Positions 33,814 through 43,492 of a stretch of 64,000 nt of DNA are shown one piece after another. The notes under the pieces were generated by a model. It ran no database searches. It saw nothing but the letters and a program-made list of their open reading frames with translations, and had not been told where the DNA came from. Position numbers and translations under genes: made by a program. This DNA is from Candidatus Saccharimonadales bacterium (GTDB lineage: Bacteria > Patescibacteriota > Saccharimonadia > Saccharimonadales > JAYRRP01): contig JAYRRP010000003.1 of the NCBI GenBank assembly GCA_041910055.1, positions 45,973-109,972 of the forward strand. Reading direction: 5' to 3'. The stretch's first letter is position 1. Every line of letters begins with the position of its first letter.

Positions 33814-35705
33814 ATAAAAAACATCCCTTACACAAGCGTCAACAAGGCTTTATTATGCCCACTGTCATTCTGTTGATGTCCATCATGGCATTTGTCGCCT
33901 ACGCTGCACTGCTACAAGCCAGCAACGGCCTTAACCTATCTTATAAGCAGGCCTACATTCAGATGGCACGAATTGCCAGCAAGTCCGCTATTGATTATGC
34001 ACAGGAACAATTCGATAATTCAGCATGCGGTAACTACACCGGTACAGCAGAACAGGATTTAGTCAGCAATAGCCGTTATCGTCTGACCTTTAAAAGTGAG
34101 GTAGTGAGTACCTCAGCAGATGGATTTGAAAAGACTATTAAGGGCACTGGGAGTGTCTACCTGCCCCGTTATTCGAATACTGCTCGCTATGTGTTTGATA
34201 TTCGTTCAGAAATTGTCCGAACCTATGCCGTATGCAAAACCCCCGATAACTTTGCACCGTTGGTCTGGTTAGATGCCAGTGATACAACTACTCTGAAACA
34301 CACCGGCACTAGTACAACTACTGTTTCAGTCCAGACTAATTTTGGAAACGTAGCAGATGCAACGAGAGATACTCTTGAGGAACGTGCCGATGATGGCTCC
34401 CAAACCACCAGCTCCTGGCAAAGCAATGACCTAGAAATGCACCGGTGTGACAGCGCAGAATTCTCAAGTAGTATATGCAGCAGCAACACAACCCGCTTCT
34501 TAAACACCGGGCTCATTTTCCAAAACGTCAATATCCCCAAAAATGCTACTATCGTATCAGCCAATATCTTATTCAACGGGGGGACACCTTCTGGTACAAG
34601 CGGCCCAGTGACTCATCGTGTATATGGCATATACAAGAACTCGGGCAATCCTCATCCTAACTTATTTAGCCAAAACAGTGCCAATCAACTACGTACTCCC
34701 CTTACTACAGCCAATCTGCACACCACTGCTTATAGCGATGTTTCAACCAATAACTTCCCGCCTGGCAACACCACTTCATTCGATGTAAAAGCTGTAGTGC
34801 AAGAGATTATTAATAATACAAATTGGAATGCAGCCTCAAACGGTGGTCGGATGGGTCTTGGAATTCAGTATCAAAGTGGTAACGGTTCGCGGCGGGGCTT
34901 AAAAGATGGCGTTACCCTCAATATTACCTACGCCACTAGTTCTGTGGCGCAAGCCAACAACGGCGATTCAATCGGCGAATGGTTGGATAAATCCGGTCAT
35001 CAGTTCCACGCTAAAGCAGCTCTGGGCAACGCACCCACCAGAGTCGATAATCAAATTAATAATAAAACTATTGTCCGGTTTAATAATGGTAATCTTCTCA
35101 GTACAATTGCTCCCGCGCTCACCGGCAAGCGAGAAATGACTGTCTTAGCAGTAATTAAGCCAAATTTCAGTACATCCAGCAGTGATGGCAGAATAATTAG
35201 CGGTATGACCAGTAGCGGCACGAATGACACAACCGCTGGCAGCTCCATTGTGCCTTTATTGAGGTACGCGAGCAATACAGGCTTCTCAAGTCTTTATTCT
35301 GGTAATAATAGTGCTTATAGAACGGATTATTCATGCGGCAGCACCTGTAATAACTTACCCTATTTATTTACCTCTGCTTTCACCATCGATACGGCAACTA
35401 ACAAGATAAATAGTGTGTTAAAGGGTAACGGCGCCCAGGTAGCTACTAAGAGCGGGATTAATCCCTCGGGCTCACCTTATACGTTCAGTATTGATCAACT
35501 TTATTTCGGCGGGCGGCGTAACGGGGCAATGCCAGGTACGGGCGTAGATTATTTAAATGGTGACTACGCCGAACTTATCGTGTATGACTCGGCACTTACT
35601 TGCCGGCAAATTGAGTCGCTGGAGGATTACTTAAGAGACAAGTGGGCTTTAAGCGCTAGTCAATATAGCGATAGTTGTCCGGCCGACCAAGTTCCCACCC
35701 TTTAA
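33810..35705 (+). CDS. Large minor pilin / putative tip protein with C-terminal LamG-like lectin domain
   Basis: PilX-like hydrophobic N-terminus without Glu5 (QQGFIMPTVILLMS). The C-terminal DYAELIVYDSALTCRQIESLEDYLRDKW is typical of LamG/concanavalin-like domains. Confidence 0.75.
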   Translation: MNKKHPLHKRQQGFIMPTVILLMSIMAFVAYAALLQASNGLNLSYKQAYIQMARIASKSAIDYAQEQFDNSACGNYTGTAEQDLVSNSRYRLTFKSEVVSTSADGFEKTIKGTGSVYLPRYSNTARYVFDIRSEIVRTYAVCKTPDNFAPLVWLDASDTTTLKHTGTSTTTVSVQTNFGNVADATRDTLEERADDGSQTTSSWQSNDLEMHRCDSAEFSSSICSSNTTRFLNTGLIFQNVNIPKNATIVSANILFNGGTPSGTSGPVTHRVYGIYKNSGNPHPNLFSQNSANQLRTPLTTANLHTTAYSDVSTNNFPPGNTTSFDVKAVVQEIINNTNWNAASNGGRMGLGIQYQSGNGSRRGLKDGVTLNITYATSSVAQANNGDSIGEWLDKSGHQFHAKAALGNAPTRVDNQINNKTIVRFNNGNLLSTIAPALTGKREMTVLAVIKPNFSTSSSDGRIISGMTSSGTNDTTAGSSIVPLLRYASNTGFSSLYSGNNSAYRTDYSCGSTCNNLPYLFTSAFTIDTATNKINSVLKGNGAQVATKSGINPSGSPYTFSIDQLYFGGRRNGAMPGTGVDYLNGDYAELIVYDSALTCRQIESLEDYLRDKWALSASQYSDSCPADQVPTL

Positions 35706-35752
35706 GCCGTTCTGATATACTACAGAGTAAGCGTATGCTTTGATGGGCAAGC

Positions 35753-36808
35753 ATGAACACATATTACAAAGACAAACCACTTTTTGGCCTTGATATAGGC
35801 TCCAGGTCAATAAAAGTCATGCAACTAGATTGCACCGGCAAACTACCCCAGGTAGTCGGCTATGGACTTGCTGAGATTGACGATACTGCAGTCAAAGACG
35901 GGGTGATCATCAACCCCGAAGCAATCGCCAAAGAAACAGTCGAGCTTTTCAAACACGGCTTAGAAGGCGATATTACCACTCGGCGTGTTGCTATGAGTGT
36001 GCCCGTAGCCCGCACTTTTAATCGGGCTATTAAACTGCCCACTCTTAATCGACGTGAAATGGATGAAGCCGTCAGAATGGAAGCCGAGCAGTACATACCA
36101 GTGCCTATGGATAATCTGTACCTTGATTATCAGATTATCCGCTCTGATAAGAAAGAAACTGAGTTATTTGTGGTAGCTGTACCCAAAACGATTGTAGATT
36201 CTTACCTTCTGCTCGCCCGTTTACTTGGGCTAGAAGTCATCGCAATGGAAACAACCATTAGCTCAGCCGCACGGCTTTTCACTTATACCGAGAAAACTAG
36301 GGTCCCTACTGTACTAATTGACTTTGGTTCAAACTCTGTTGATGTCACGATTTATGATAAGACTCTAGTCGTTACTGGCACGGTAGGAGGCGGCAGCGAA
36401 CATTTTATCGAACAGATCGCTAGTCATTTAGGTATAACCAACCAAGAAGGCCGCATTATTAAAGCAAAATACGGCCTCAATCTAAGTAAGAAGCAACGCG
36501 AAATTAATGAAGCCTTGAGTCCAGTGCTCGAACAACTCATCAAGGAAATTCGACGCATGATTCGCTATTATGAGGAGCGTTATGGAGATAAACACAAGAT
36601 TAATCAAATCGTGACCATGGGTGGCGGGTCGACAATGCCAGGACTAGCTGGTTATCTTACTAATACGTTGCGTTTGCCAGTCCGTACTTATGACCCCTGG
36701 CGCTACTTTTCGCTAAAGCACCTGAAAACTCCCTCGCTTGAAAACCGTTCCGTGTTCGTTTCAGTTGCAGGACTCGCCCTCTTAAAGCCCGGAGAGATAT
36801 TTGTATGA
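35753..36808 (+). CDS. pilM: Type IV pilus assembly protein PilM (actin-like ATPase fold)
   Basis: FGLDIGSRSIKVMQL phosphate-1 motif and operon position. Confidence 0.88.
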   Translation: MNTYYKDKPLFGLDIGSRSIKVMQLDCTGKLPQVVGYGLAEIDDTAVKDGVIINPEAIAKETVELFKHGLEGDITTRRVAMSVPVARTFNRAIKLPTLNRREMDEAVRMEAEQYIPVPMDNLYLDYQIIRSDKKETELFVVAVPKTIVDSYLLLARLLGLEVIAMETTISSAARLFTYTEKTRVPTVLIDFGSNSVDVTIYDKTLVVTGTVGGGSEHFIEQIASHLGITNQEGRIIKAKYGLNLSKKQREINEALSPVLEQLIKEIRRMIRYYEERYGDKHKINQIVTMGGGSTMPGLAGYLTNTLRLPVRTYDPWRYFSLKHLKTPSLENRSVFVSVAGLALLKPGEIFV

Positions 36809-37413
36809 TCAATTTACTCCCTCCTGAAACTAAACAAGAGCTCGGCTACGCTCGCCGTAATTCACGCTTACTCCGTTGGGGAGCCATAATATTCTGTTGT
36901 ATTCTAGGTGCCTGGCTAATTATTTTTGGAGGTCTATTCTACACCCAAAATTCGATCAAGTCATATACCAAACAAAGTGTGGCTGCTAAGGATCAACTCC
37001 AAAGTCAAAAGCTTGAAGAGACTCAAGCAAAAGTTCAGGATATCTCAAATCATTTGAAATTAGTTGTACAAGTACTGTCGAAGGAAATATTGTTCTCAAA
37101 ACTTCTGCAACAAATCGGGTCAGCCATTCCACCCAAATCAATCCTCACCGACCTGAAGATTACCAAATTGGAGGGTGGTATTGATTTGACTGCTATTGCG
37201 TCGGATGAGTTTACCGCAACACAAGTTCAAGTTAACCTTCAGGATCCTTCTAATAAAATTTTTGACAAAGTCGATATAGTTAATATTACCTGTGCCTCTA
37301 CCAGCACTTCTGACCCTCGCTATCCATGTACCGTCACTCTACGCGCTCGTTTTAATAAAAACAATCCGTTTCTCTTCATCAATCCTAAAGCCACTACTGG
37401 GGCTAAGCCATGA
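36805..37413 (+). CDS. pilN: Type IV pilus assembly protein PilN
   Basis: MINLLPPE N-terminus and a single TM. ATGA overlaps on both sides. Confidence 0.78.
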   Translation: MINLLPPETKQELGYARRNSRLLRWGAIIFCCILGAWLIIFGGLFYTQNSIKSYTKQSVAAKDQLQSQKLEETQAKVQDISNHLKLVVQVLSKEILFSKLLQQIGSAIPPKSILTDLKITKLEGGIDLTAIASDEFTATQVQVNLQDPSNKIFDKVDIVNITCASTSTSDPRYPCTVTLRARFNKNNPFLFINPKATTGAKP

Positions 37414-38078
37414 ACAGCAAACGTGTATATTACCTGATGATAGGCGGAATAGTGTTATTAGTAGGTGGTTTGTTCACGACAGTGTATTTCGGTAATAAAC
37501 TCTTGAGCGCAAAGTCCCAAAAGTTAGTAAGTCTGAAACTGGATAACCGAATACTGGACGAGCAACAGACCGCGCTTACACAGGCAAACAAAGATATCGA
37601 AAAATATACTGAGTTGGATAAAATCGCGAAAACTATCGTGCCGCAGGATAAAGATCAGGCTCAAACGGTGCGCGAGATTGTAAAGATTGCCGATCAGAGT
37701 GGTGTGAAATTGAGTGCTATCAACTTCCCCTCCTCCACCTTAGGCCAGCCTACCCCAAAAACTACCACCACGCAGGATGACACCTCAACAAATAAAAAGA
37801 ATACGAATGATACACCCACAAAACCAGCTACCCCAGCTACCCCGCCAGTTACTCAGGTGAAACCGGTTGATGGCATGCCTGGGGTCTATGTAATGGAGGT
37901 AACTCTCCAGCAGGATAGCTCAAAACCAGTACCCTACAGCCGTTTTATTGATTTTCTGCAGCGCCTTGAGCAAAATCGCCGGACAGCCCAAGTAAGTAGT
38001 ATCACCGTACAGCCCAACGTCCAAGACCGCACCAAACTTACCTTTACATTAACTGTAAACGTGTACATAAAGCCATGA
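37410..38078 (+). CDS. pilO: PilO-like pilus assembly protein with Thr/Pro-rich linker
   Basis: Single TM, coiled coil, and position after pilN. Confidence 0.6.
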   Translation: MNSKRVYYLMIGGIVLLVGGLFTTVYFGNKLLSAKSQKLVSLKLDNRILDEQQTALTQANKDIEKYTELDKIAKTIVPQDKDQAQTVREIVKIADQSGVKLSAINFPSSTLGQPTPKTTTTQDDTSTNKKNTNDTPTKPATPATPPVTQVKPVDGMPGVYVMEVTLQQDSSKPVPYSRFIDFLQRLEQNRRTAQVSSITVQPNVQDRTKLTFTLTVNVYIKP

Positions 38079-38380
38079 AAATGAATATTGAAGTAAAAAA
38101 TATCCCTGCGCGTCTTCGCAGCTTTGTATTAAAAGCCCGTCGCTATCTCCCCATTACATTGGTGGTGATAGTCGCCCTAGTATATGGCTGGTTAATTTTC
38201 CGAATAAACGTACTAAACCGGCGCGAACCCAGCGACGATGCGGTTGCCGAAAAACTACAGACAGCCAAACGACCAAAAATCGACCAATCAACCATCGACA
38301 AAATTAACGAGCTAGAAGACAACAGCACCGAAGTGCAAACCCTATTTAAAGATGCTCGCAATAATCCTTTCCAAGAATAG
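38075..38380 (+). CDS. Small bitopic membrane protein, last gene of the pil operon
   Basis: 101 aa with one TM. ATGA overlap with pilO. Confidence 0.5.
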   Translation: MKMNIEVKNIPARLRSFVLKARRYLPITLVVIVALVYGWLIFRINVLNRREPSDDAVAEKLQTAKRPKIDQSTIDKINELEDNSTEVQTLFKDARNNPFQE

Positions 38381-38382
38381 AT

Positions 38383-38958
38383 TTACGGGCTATCGTTTTT
38401 AAACCTCTCACTGGCTTCTAGAATCTGGCGAGCGTAATAATTTGGGTTCGGGCAATAAGTGAAGTGGAAGTTTATTTGTTCGCCAGCAGTTTCAATGTTT
38501 AGAGCGCCATAGTTGAAGATAGTTGGGAATACTCCCCTTTTATCAGCTGTGACATCCTCTATATCGGCAATAGACAGTTGGGAAACCTTACGGTTAAATA
38601 ACCCATCCTGCAGTACTTGTGTAATAGTTTTGGTAGTAACAATTAATCGGCTCACACGGTATAAAACCGTAATAATAAGTAATACGACTACTAGTGCCAC
38701 AGCCACTACAAAAATTCCTGCTGCCACCATACCTCGTACTCTTGTGACATCATTCGTACCAAAGATTTCCGGAATCAGTAAATAGGCAAGCGTACTTGCA
38801 GCAGCAAGTCCAAGCACTACCTGAAAGTACAGAACTACTAAGCCAAACGGGTGACGCCGGATAACGGCAACCGGATCTTCATCAACATCAATTTGTTCTA
38901 ACCGTTGTGGTGTAACTGGAACTGTCTGGTCCTGAGCATTAGGTTCCGGAGAATCCAT
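38383..38958 (-). CDS. Membrane protein with bacterial PH domain (YdbS/YdbT-like, bPH_2)
   Basis: Two TM helices followed by ...VSQLSIADIEDVTADKRGVFPTIFNYGALNIETAG. Confidence 0.7.
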   Translation of the reverse strand: MDSPEPNAQDQTVPVTPQRLEQIDVDEDPVAVIRRHPFGLVVLYFQVVLGLAAASTLAYLLIPEIFGTNDVTRVRGMVAAGIFVVAVALVVVLLIITVLYRVSRLIVTTKTITQVLQDGLFNRKVSQLSIADIEDVTADKRGVFPTIFNYGALNIETAGEQINFHFTYCPNPNYYARQILEASERFKNDSP

Positions 38959-39986
38959 TATAACAATCCTACCTGATCAGTACCGGGTTTTGCTTTTTTG
39001 AGATGACTATACGCTTTGGGTGTTACTTTGCGGCCACGTGGTGTACGCTCAAGCAAACCAATCTGCATAAGGTATGGCTCATAGAAGTCTTCAATGGTAG
39101 TGCGTTCTTCAGCGGTCAATGCAGCAAGAGTATCAACTCCGACAGGACCGCCACGATAATTATCGATGATAGCCCGAAGCAGCATTCGATCACCAGGGTC
39201 AAGCCCTAAATCATCAATTTCAAGCAAAGCCAAAGCTTGTGAAGTTATAACCGTATCAATAATCCCGTCTCCATTCACATCTGCAAAATCACGGACACGA
39301 CGGAGTAATCGATTCGCGATTCTAGGTGTCAGGCGGGCACGGAGGGCCAATTCCTCAGCCGCTTGCTTGTCAATCGCGATGTCCAAAATTTTGGCTGCAC
39401 GCAGAATTATTTGTGCAACTTCAGAAGTGTTATAGAAGTCCAAACGGTGTATCATGCCAAAACGATCACGCAAAGGTGCTGCCAAGGCACCTGTCCTGGT
39501 CGTAGCACCAATGATAGTAAACTTCGGTAGATCCAGTCTTAGACTGCGGGCGCTTGGGCCTTTGCCGATCATAATATCCAAGCGGAAATCTTCCATCGCA
39601 CTATAAAGTACCTCTTCTACGCTGCGATGTAATCGGTGAATTTCGTCAATAAACAATATGTCGTCGTCCTGTAGATTAGTAAGCAAACTAGCCAGATCTC
39701 CTGAACGCTCAATGGCCGGTCCGCTGGTAATACGAATCTGGGCTCCCATTTCATTTGCAATCACACTAGCCATAGTAGTTTTACCAAGTCCTGGCGGTCC
39801 ATACAGCAATACGTGGTCAAGCGATTCGCCCCGTTTTTTTGCAGCAGCAATCGCCAATTGCAGGTTCTGCTTTAATCGATCCTGACCGATGTAATTCTTA
39901 AAATCTTTCGGCCGTAACGTTTGTTCTACTTCTTTCTCGCTTTCATCTTCAGTTGGCGTCTGGTTGTGAACAATTCTCTCTATCAT
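38958..39986 (-). CDS. ruvB: Holliday junction helicase RuvB
   Basis: [17 protein letters not shown], and the sensor and winged-helix regions. Confidence 0.96.
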   Translation of the reverse strand: MIERIVHNQTPTEDESEKEVEQTLRPKDFKNYIGQDRLKQNLQLAIAAAKKRGESLDHVLLYGPPGLGKTTMASVIANEMGAQIRITSGPAIERSGDLASLLTNLQDDDILFIDEIHRLHRSVEEVLYSAMEDFRLDIMIGKGPSARSLRLDLPKFTIIGATTRTGALAAPLRDRFGMIHRLDFYNTSEVAQIILRAAKILDIAIDKQAAEELALRARLTPRIANRLLRRVRDFADVNGDGIIDTVITSQALALLEIDDLGLDPGDRMLLRAIIDNYRGGPVGVDTLAALTAEERTTIEDFYEPYLMQIGLLERTPRGRKVTPKAYSHLKKAKPGTDQVGLL

Positions 39987-40573
39987 ATGGCTGCATTCCC
40001 TTTCAACGCCAGGCGCACCCGGTCCTCAGCAGGCAAGTCAGTATCGATAGTCCGGAGTGCCTGGACTGCATCTGCCGGTGTAAACCCAAGGCTTATCAGG
40101 GCCGCTGCCGCTTCATCGCTCTGAATGTTCGACTCCGACTGCAGCAATCCGGCCTCACTTAGATCAACACTCTTCAGTCCTACCTTATCTTTTAATTCCA
40201 CCACTATACGTTCTGCCACCCGTTTACCAACTCCACTGGCAGTCTGTATTTTCTTGGTATCTCCAGCAGCAATAGCAGCACGAACCTCTTCACCACTACC
40301 AATATTTAAAATATTAAGTGCAACTCTTGGCCCCACGCCATTTACTTCTAGTAGCTGTACAAAAAGAAGTTTGTCAGCCTGCTTAATAAACCCATATAGC
40401 TCGTGAGCTTGTTCCCTGATGTATTCATAGATATATAACTTTTTCTTTTCGCCTGTTTTCAGTGCACTGCTATCTGCATTTGTCAGCAGGACGCCATAGC
40501 CAACGCCATGCGTTTCTACCACCATTACATCTGCTAACTTTTCGGCAATAGTGCCTTGTAGCGTTGCAATCAT
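39983..40573 (-). CDS. ruvA: Holliday junction DNA-binding protein RuvA
   Basis: OB-fold N-terminus MIATLQGTI and HhH motifs [13 protein letters not shown] / [12 protein letters not shown]. Confidence 0.93.
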   Translation of the reverse strand: MIATLQGTIAEKLADVMVVETHGVGYGVLLTNADSSALKTGEKKKLYIYEYIREQAHELYGFIKQADKLLFVQLLEVNGVGPRVALNILNIGSGEEVRAAIAAGDTKKIQTASGVGKRVAERIVVELKDKVGLKSVDLSEAGLLQSESNIQSDEAAAALISLGFTPADAVQALRTIDTDLPAEDRVRLALKGNAAI

Positions 40574-40578
40574 AATCT

Positions 40579-41424
40579 CTATTGTACTGGATTTTGGGTG
40601 GAGTTGTTGTCTTGACTATTCTTAGTTTTGTCGTCCTGGGCGTTGTCTTTGGCTACATATTCTGCGATGGCCGCCACAATATCAGCGTCTGTCGGTTTAC
40701 TATAGTAAGTAGGGTTCGACTGGGTAAACGCCCCTACTGTCTCGCAGACACCTGAAGTTGCTTTTATGTCCTTAGAGCCCACTTCTTTGCCTGATTGTGC
40801 TTCGTATACAGTCATCTTATACGTAACCGCAACAAGCGGCACCGTAAATAACTGTCCGCCTGAGCTTACTCTACAGTCCATTAATTTCTCATTCGTTGCT
40901 ACCCGTTTAAAGCAGGCTACGAGCTGCGTCTTGTCAGCAGCTTTTGAATCTGCAGCCCATTGCGTATCTTTAAAGAACACGCTGTATGGCAGATAGCTTT
41001 GTGGATCCACGGGGCTAGAAATAAAGAGAGCGATTGGGTGTGGTTTAGTACCTGTCTTGTAATCAGCGGAGTTTAATACTCGGGTGCCGCTACAAACTTG
41101 ATTGAAATCGTCGAGGTTTCGGGCCTGAATTTCATTATTTTTCTTCTCTGGTGGCGTGGTGTTTTGCTGTTGTTGGGAATTATTTTGTGTAGCCGGCTTC
41201 TTTGGTTTGCTACTTACTAGCGCAAAAACTGTTACTCCACCGAGCAGTAGAACTGTCACGACAGCAGCTATGATAATGATAAGTGTCTTTTTGTTCTTCT
41301 TCGGTGGCTGAGGCGGTGGGGGAGGTGCAGGCGAAGGCGTCGGATAACCATGCTCGGCAGGGCCCTGGAAGAACTGCGGCGACTGGTCAGTTCCCGATGG
41401 CTTCTGGTTATCATTTGGTGGCAT
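40579..41424 (-). CDS. Hypothetical membrane-anchored extracytoplasmic protein, Pro-rich N-terminus
   Basis: PSPAPPPPPQPPKKNKK followed by a TM helix and a Cys-containing domain. Lies between ruvA and ruvC. Confidence 0.65.
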   Translation of the reverse strand: MPPNDNQKPSGTDQSPQFFQGPAEHGYPTPSPAPPPPPQPPKKNKKTLIIIIAAVVTVLLLGGVTVFALVSSKPKKPATQNNSQQQQNTTPPEKKNNEIQARNLDDFNQVCSGTRVLNSADYKTGTKPHPIALFISSPVDPQSYLPYSVFFKDTQWAADSKAADKTQLVACFKRVATNEKLMDCRVSSGGQLFTVPLVAVTYKMTVYEAQSGKEVGSKDIKATSGVCETVGAFTQSNPTYYSKPTDADIVAAIAEYVAKDNAQDDKTKNSQDNNSTQNPVQ

Positions 41425-41469
41425 ACTATTAATAGACCTTTTTACTTCTTGTGCTTATAGTAGCACAAT

Positions 41470-41949
41470 TTACTGTCTGCTTACATTGGCAGCACAACAG
41501 AGAGCCGCAGCTAACGCATCCGCTGCATCATCAGGCTTAGGTATCGTTTGAAGTTTGAGGATAGTCTTTACCATTTCCTGCATCTGCTTTTTGTCTGCGC
41601 GGCCGTAGCCGGTAAGAGATTGCTTAATTTGCAGTGGCGTGTACTCATGTAGTTCAAGTCCCTTTTGTTTTCCCAGCAACAACACCACACCTCTTGCCTG
41701 GCTTACACTCATAGCTGTCGTCACATTTTGGGCAAAAAATAACTTTTCAACAGAGATAATTTGCGGTTTCAACTCAGTCATTAAAGCGCCTAACTCTTTA
41801 TAAATCGTCAACAAGCGGTCTGAATCCGCCTGTTTTATTGGCGTACGTATGACCCCCGCGTCAACCAAACTCGCGGCTTGTCTCTTATCTACTTCAATCA
41901 CGCCGAATCCCAATATGCCGGTGCCGGGGTCAATGCCAAGAATCCGCAT
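41470..41949 (-). CDS. ruvC: Holliday junction resolvase RuvC
   Basis: MRILGIDPG, plus the catalytic acidic residues and the C-terminal DAADALA. Confidence 0.93.
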   Translation of the reverse strand: MRILGIDPGTGILGFGVIEVDKRQAASLVDAGVIRTPIKQADSDRLLTIYKELGALMTELKPQIISVEKLFFAQNVTTAMSVSQARGVVLLLGKQKGLELHEYTPLQIKQSLTGYGRADKKQMQEMVKTILKLQTIPKPDDAADALAAALCCAANVSRQ

Positions 41950-42768
41950 TCATTTCTCCTGTATGCATCGAGATACCACTTTTAGGGCAATACGATGAAT
42001 AGTGGGATTTGCCGACAGTATACAGCCATCACCCCAACCATCATAACGGCGTGGTTTACCGAATATATTTGTAACTACTCCTCCAGCTTCTTCAACAATA
42101 ACTGAAACAGCTGCAGAATCCCATGCTGAACCAAAACCAAAAATTGATGTAATGAATTCTCCAGATGCAACACGAGTAGCTGAATAAACTTGCGAATATA
42201 AACAATGTGGTCGATTCCCAAGCTCCCGCATTAAGTCACTGCACTTACCTGTCAGAAATTTAAAATTGTTTTTTGGATTCATACCCCCTAATACAGAGGA
42301 ATAAGTATTCTCCATTTTCGTTTGATTAGTACACTGAACTAGTGTGTCATTCAAATGCGCACCAAGACCTCTGGCAGCTGTGTACATATGATCAAGTTGC
42401 GGGTCATAAGCGACCCCAATCACTGCTTGTCCATCCGTTCTATCTACCAGCGCCAGTGAAAACATACTAAGTGGCAAACCTAAGCTAAACGGCATAGTAC
42501 CATCAATCGGATCCACCACCCAAATAAGTTGGCGTTTTGGCTCGTAGCTTGCTTCCTCGCCCAAGATCCCGTGTTCCGGATAGGCTGCCTTGACCCGGTC
42601 TATCACCTGTTGGTTAATGGTAGTATCGGCAATAGTAAGTGGTGTATTGTCTTTCTTCCATTCAGTTTTCAAATCCTGGGCCCGGAAATAGCGCTTCATC
42701 ACTACACCCGCATCGTGCGCCAGGCTCTTGGCAAAATCCAGATATTCTGTCAGAAGTGTTTCAGTCAA
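41950..42768 (-). CDS. Inositol monophosphatase-family phosphatase
   Basis: WVVDPIDGT and WDSAAVSVIVEEAGG motifs. Confidence 0.85.
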   Translation of the reverse strand: MTETLLTEYLDFAKSLAHDAGVVMKRYFRAQDLKTEWKKDNTPLTIADTTINQQVIDRVKAAYPEHGILGEEASYEPKRQLIWVVDPIDGTMPFSLGLPLSMFSLALVDRTDGQAVIGVAYDPQLDHMYTAARGLGAHLNDTLVQCTNQTKMENTYSSVLGGMNPKNNFKFLTGKCSDLMRELGNRPHCLYSQVYSATRVASGEFITSIFGFGSAWDSAAVSVIVEEAGGVVTNIFGKPRRYDGWGDGCILSANPTIHRIALKVVSRCIQEK

Positions 42769-43492
42769 TCATTACTCCTTCAGCAATATCAAAGTTTACA
42801 TGTGTATTGGTAACTTTGTCGATGTCTTCAAGAGTGTCCATCAGACGCATGATCTTGCCGGCAGTGGCTTGGTCTTGCACTTCAACGGTGTTATTCGGTA
42901 CAAATGTAAGTTCAGCCTCAGTAATTTCCAGTCCGGCTTTTTGCAGGTTACCACGGACTTTGGCAAGCTCCTTGGGATCGGTATAAATAATTGACTCCTC
43001 TCCTTCTTCAATCACGTCCTCAGCCCCCGCATCAATAGCTTGAAGCGTGACTTCATCCCCTTTTCCTCTGACCCTAATTACACCCTTGCGATCAAACTGG
43101 AAAGCCACTGCACCCTTTTCAGCAATATTACCCCCGTGCTTTGAAAACGCCAGACGCACATCAGGATAAGTACGGTTAATGTTATCTGTGGCACATTCTA
43201 CTAATATAGCCACACCGCCAGGACCGTAACCTTCATACATCACTTCCTGGATTTGTGCGCCGCCCAACTTACCACTTCCACGGTCGACAGAACGCTGAAT
43301 ATTCGCCATCGGCATATTGGCAGCTTTGGCCTTGTCTATAGCAAGGCGCAAGCTAAAGTTCGTATCTGGATCAGCACCCCCACGAGCCGCAATTGCGATA
43401 GCGTTACCTAATTTGGTGAAAAGCGCGCCACGCTTGGCGTCATTTACGCCTTTTTGTCGCTTAATTTGCGCCCATTTGCTATGCCCGGCCAT
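42761..43492 (-). CDS. yebC: YebC/PmpR-family transcriptional regulator
   Basis: MAGHSKWAQIKRQKG N-terminus. Confidence 0.93.
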   Translation of the reverse strand: MAGHSKWAQIKRQKGVNDAKRGALFTKLGNAIAIAARGGADPDTNFSLRLAIDKAKAANMPMANIQRSVDRGSGKLGGAQIQEVMYEGYGPGGVAILVECATDNINRTYPDVRLAFSKHGGNIAEKGAVAFQFDRKGVIRVRGKGDEVTLQAIDAGAEDVIEEGEESIIYTDPKELAKVRGNLQKAGLEITEAELTFVPNNTVEVQDQATAGKIMRLMDTLEDIDKVTNTHVNFDIAEGVMID

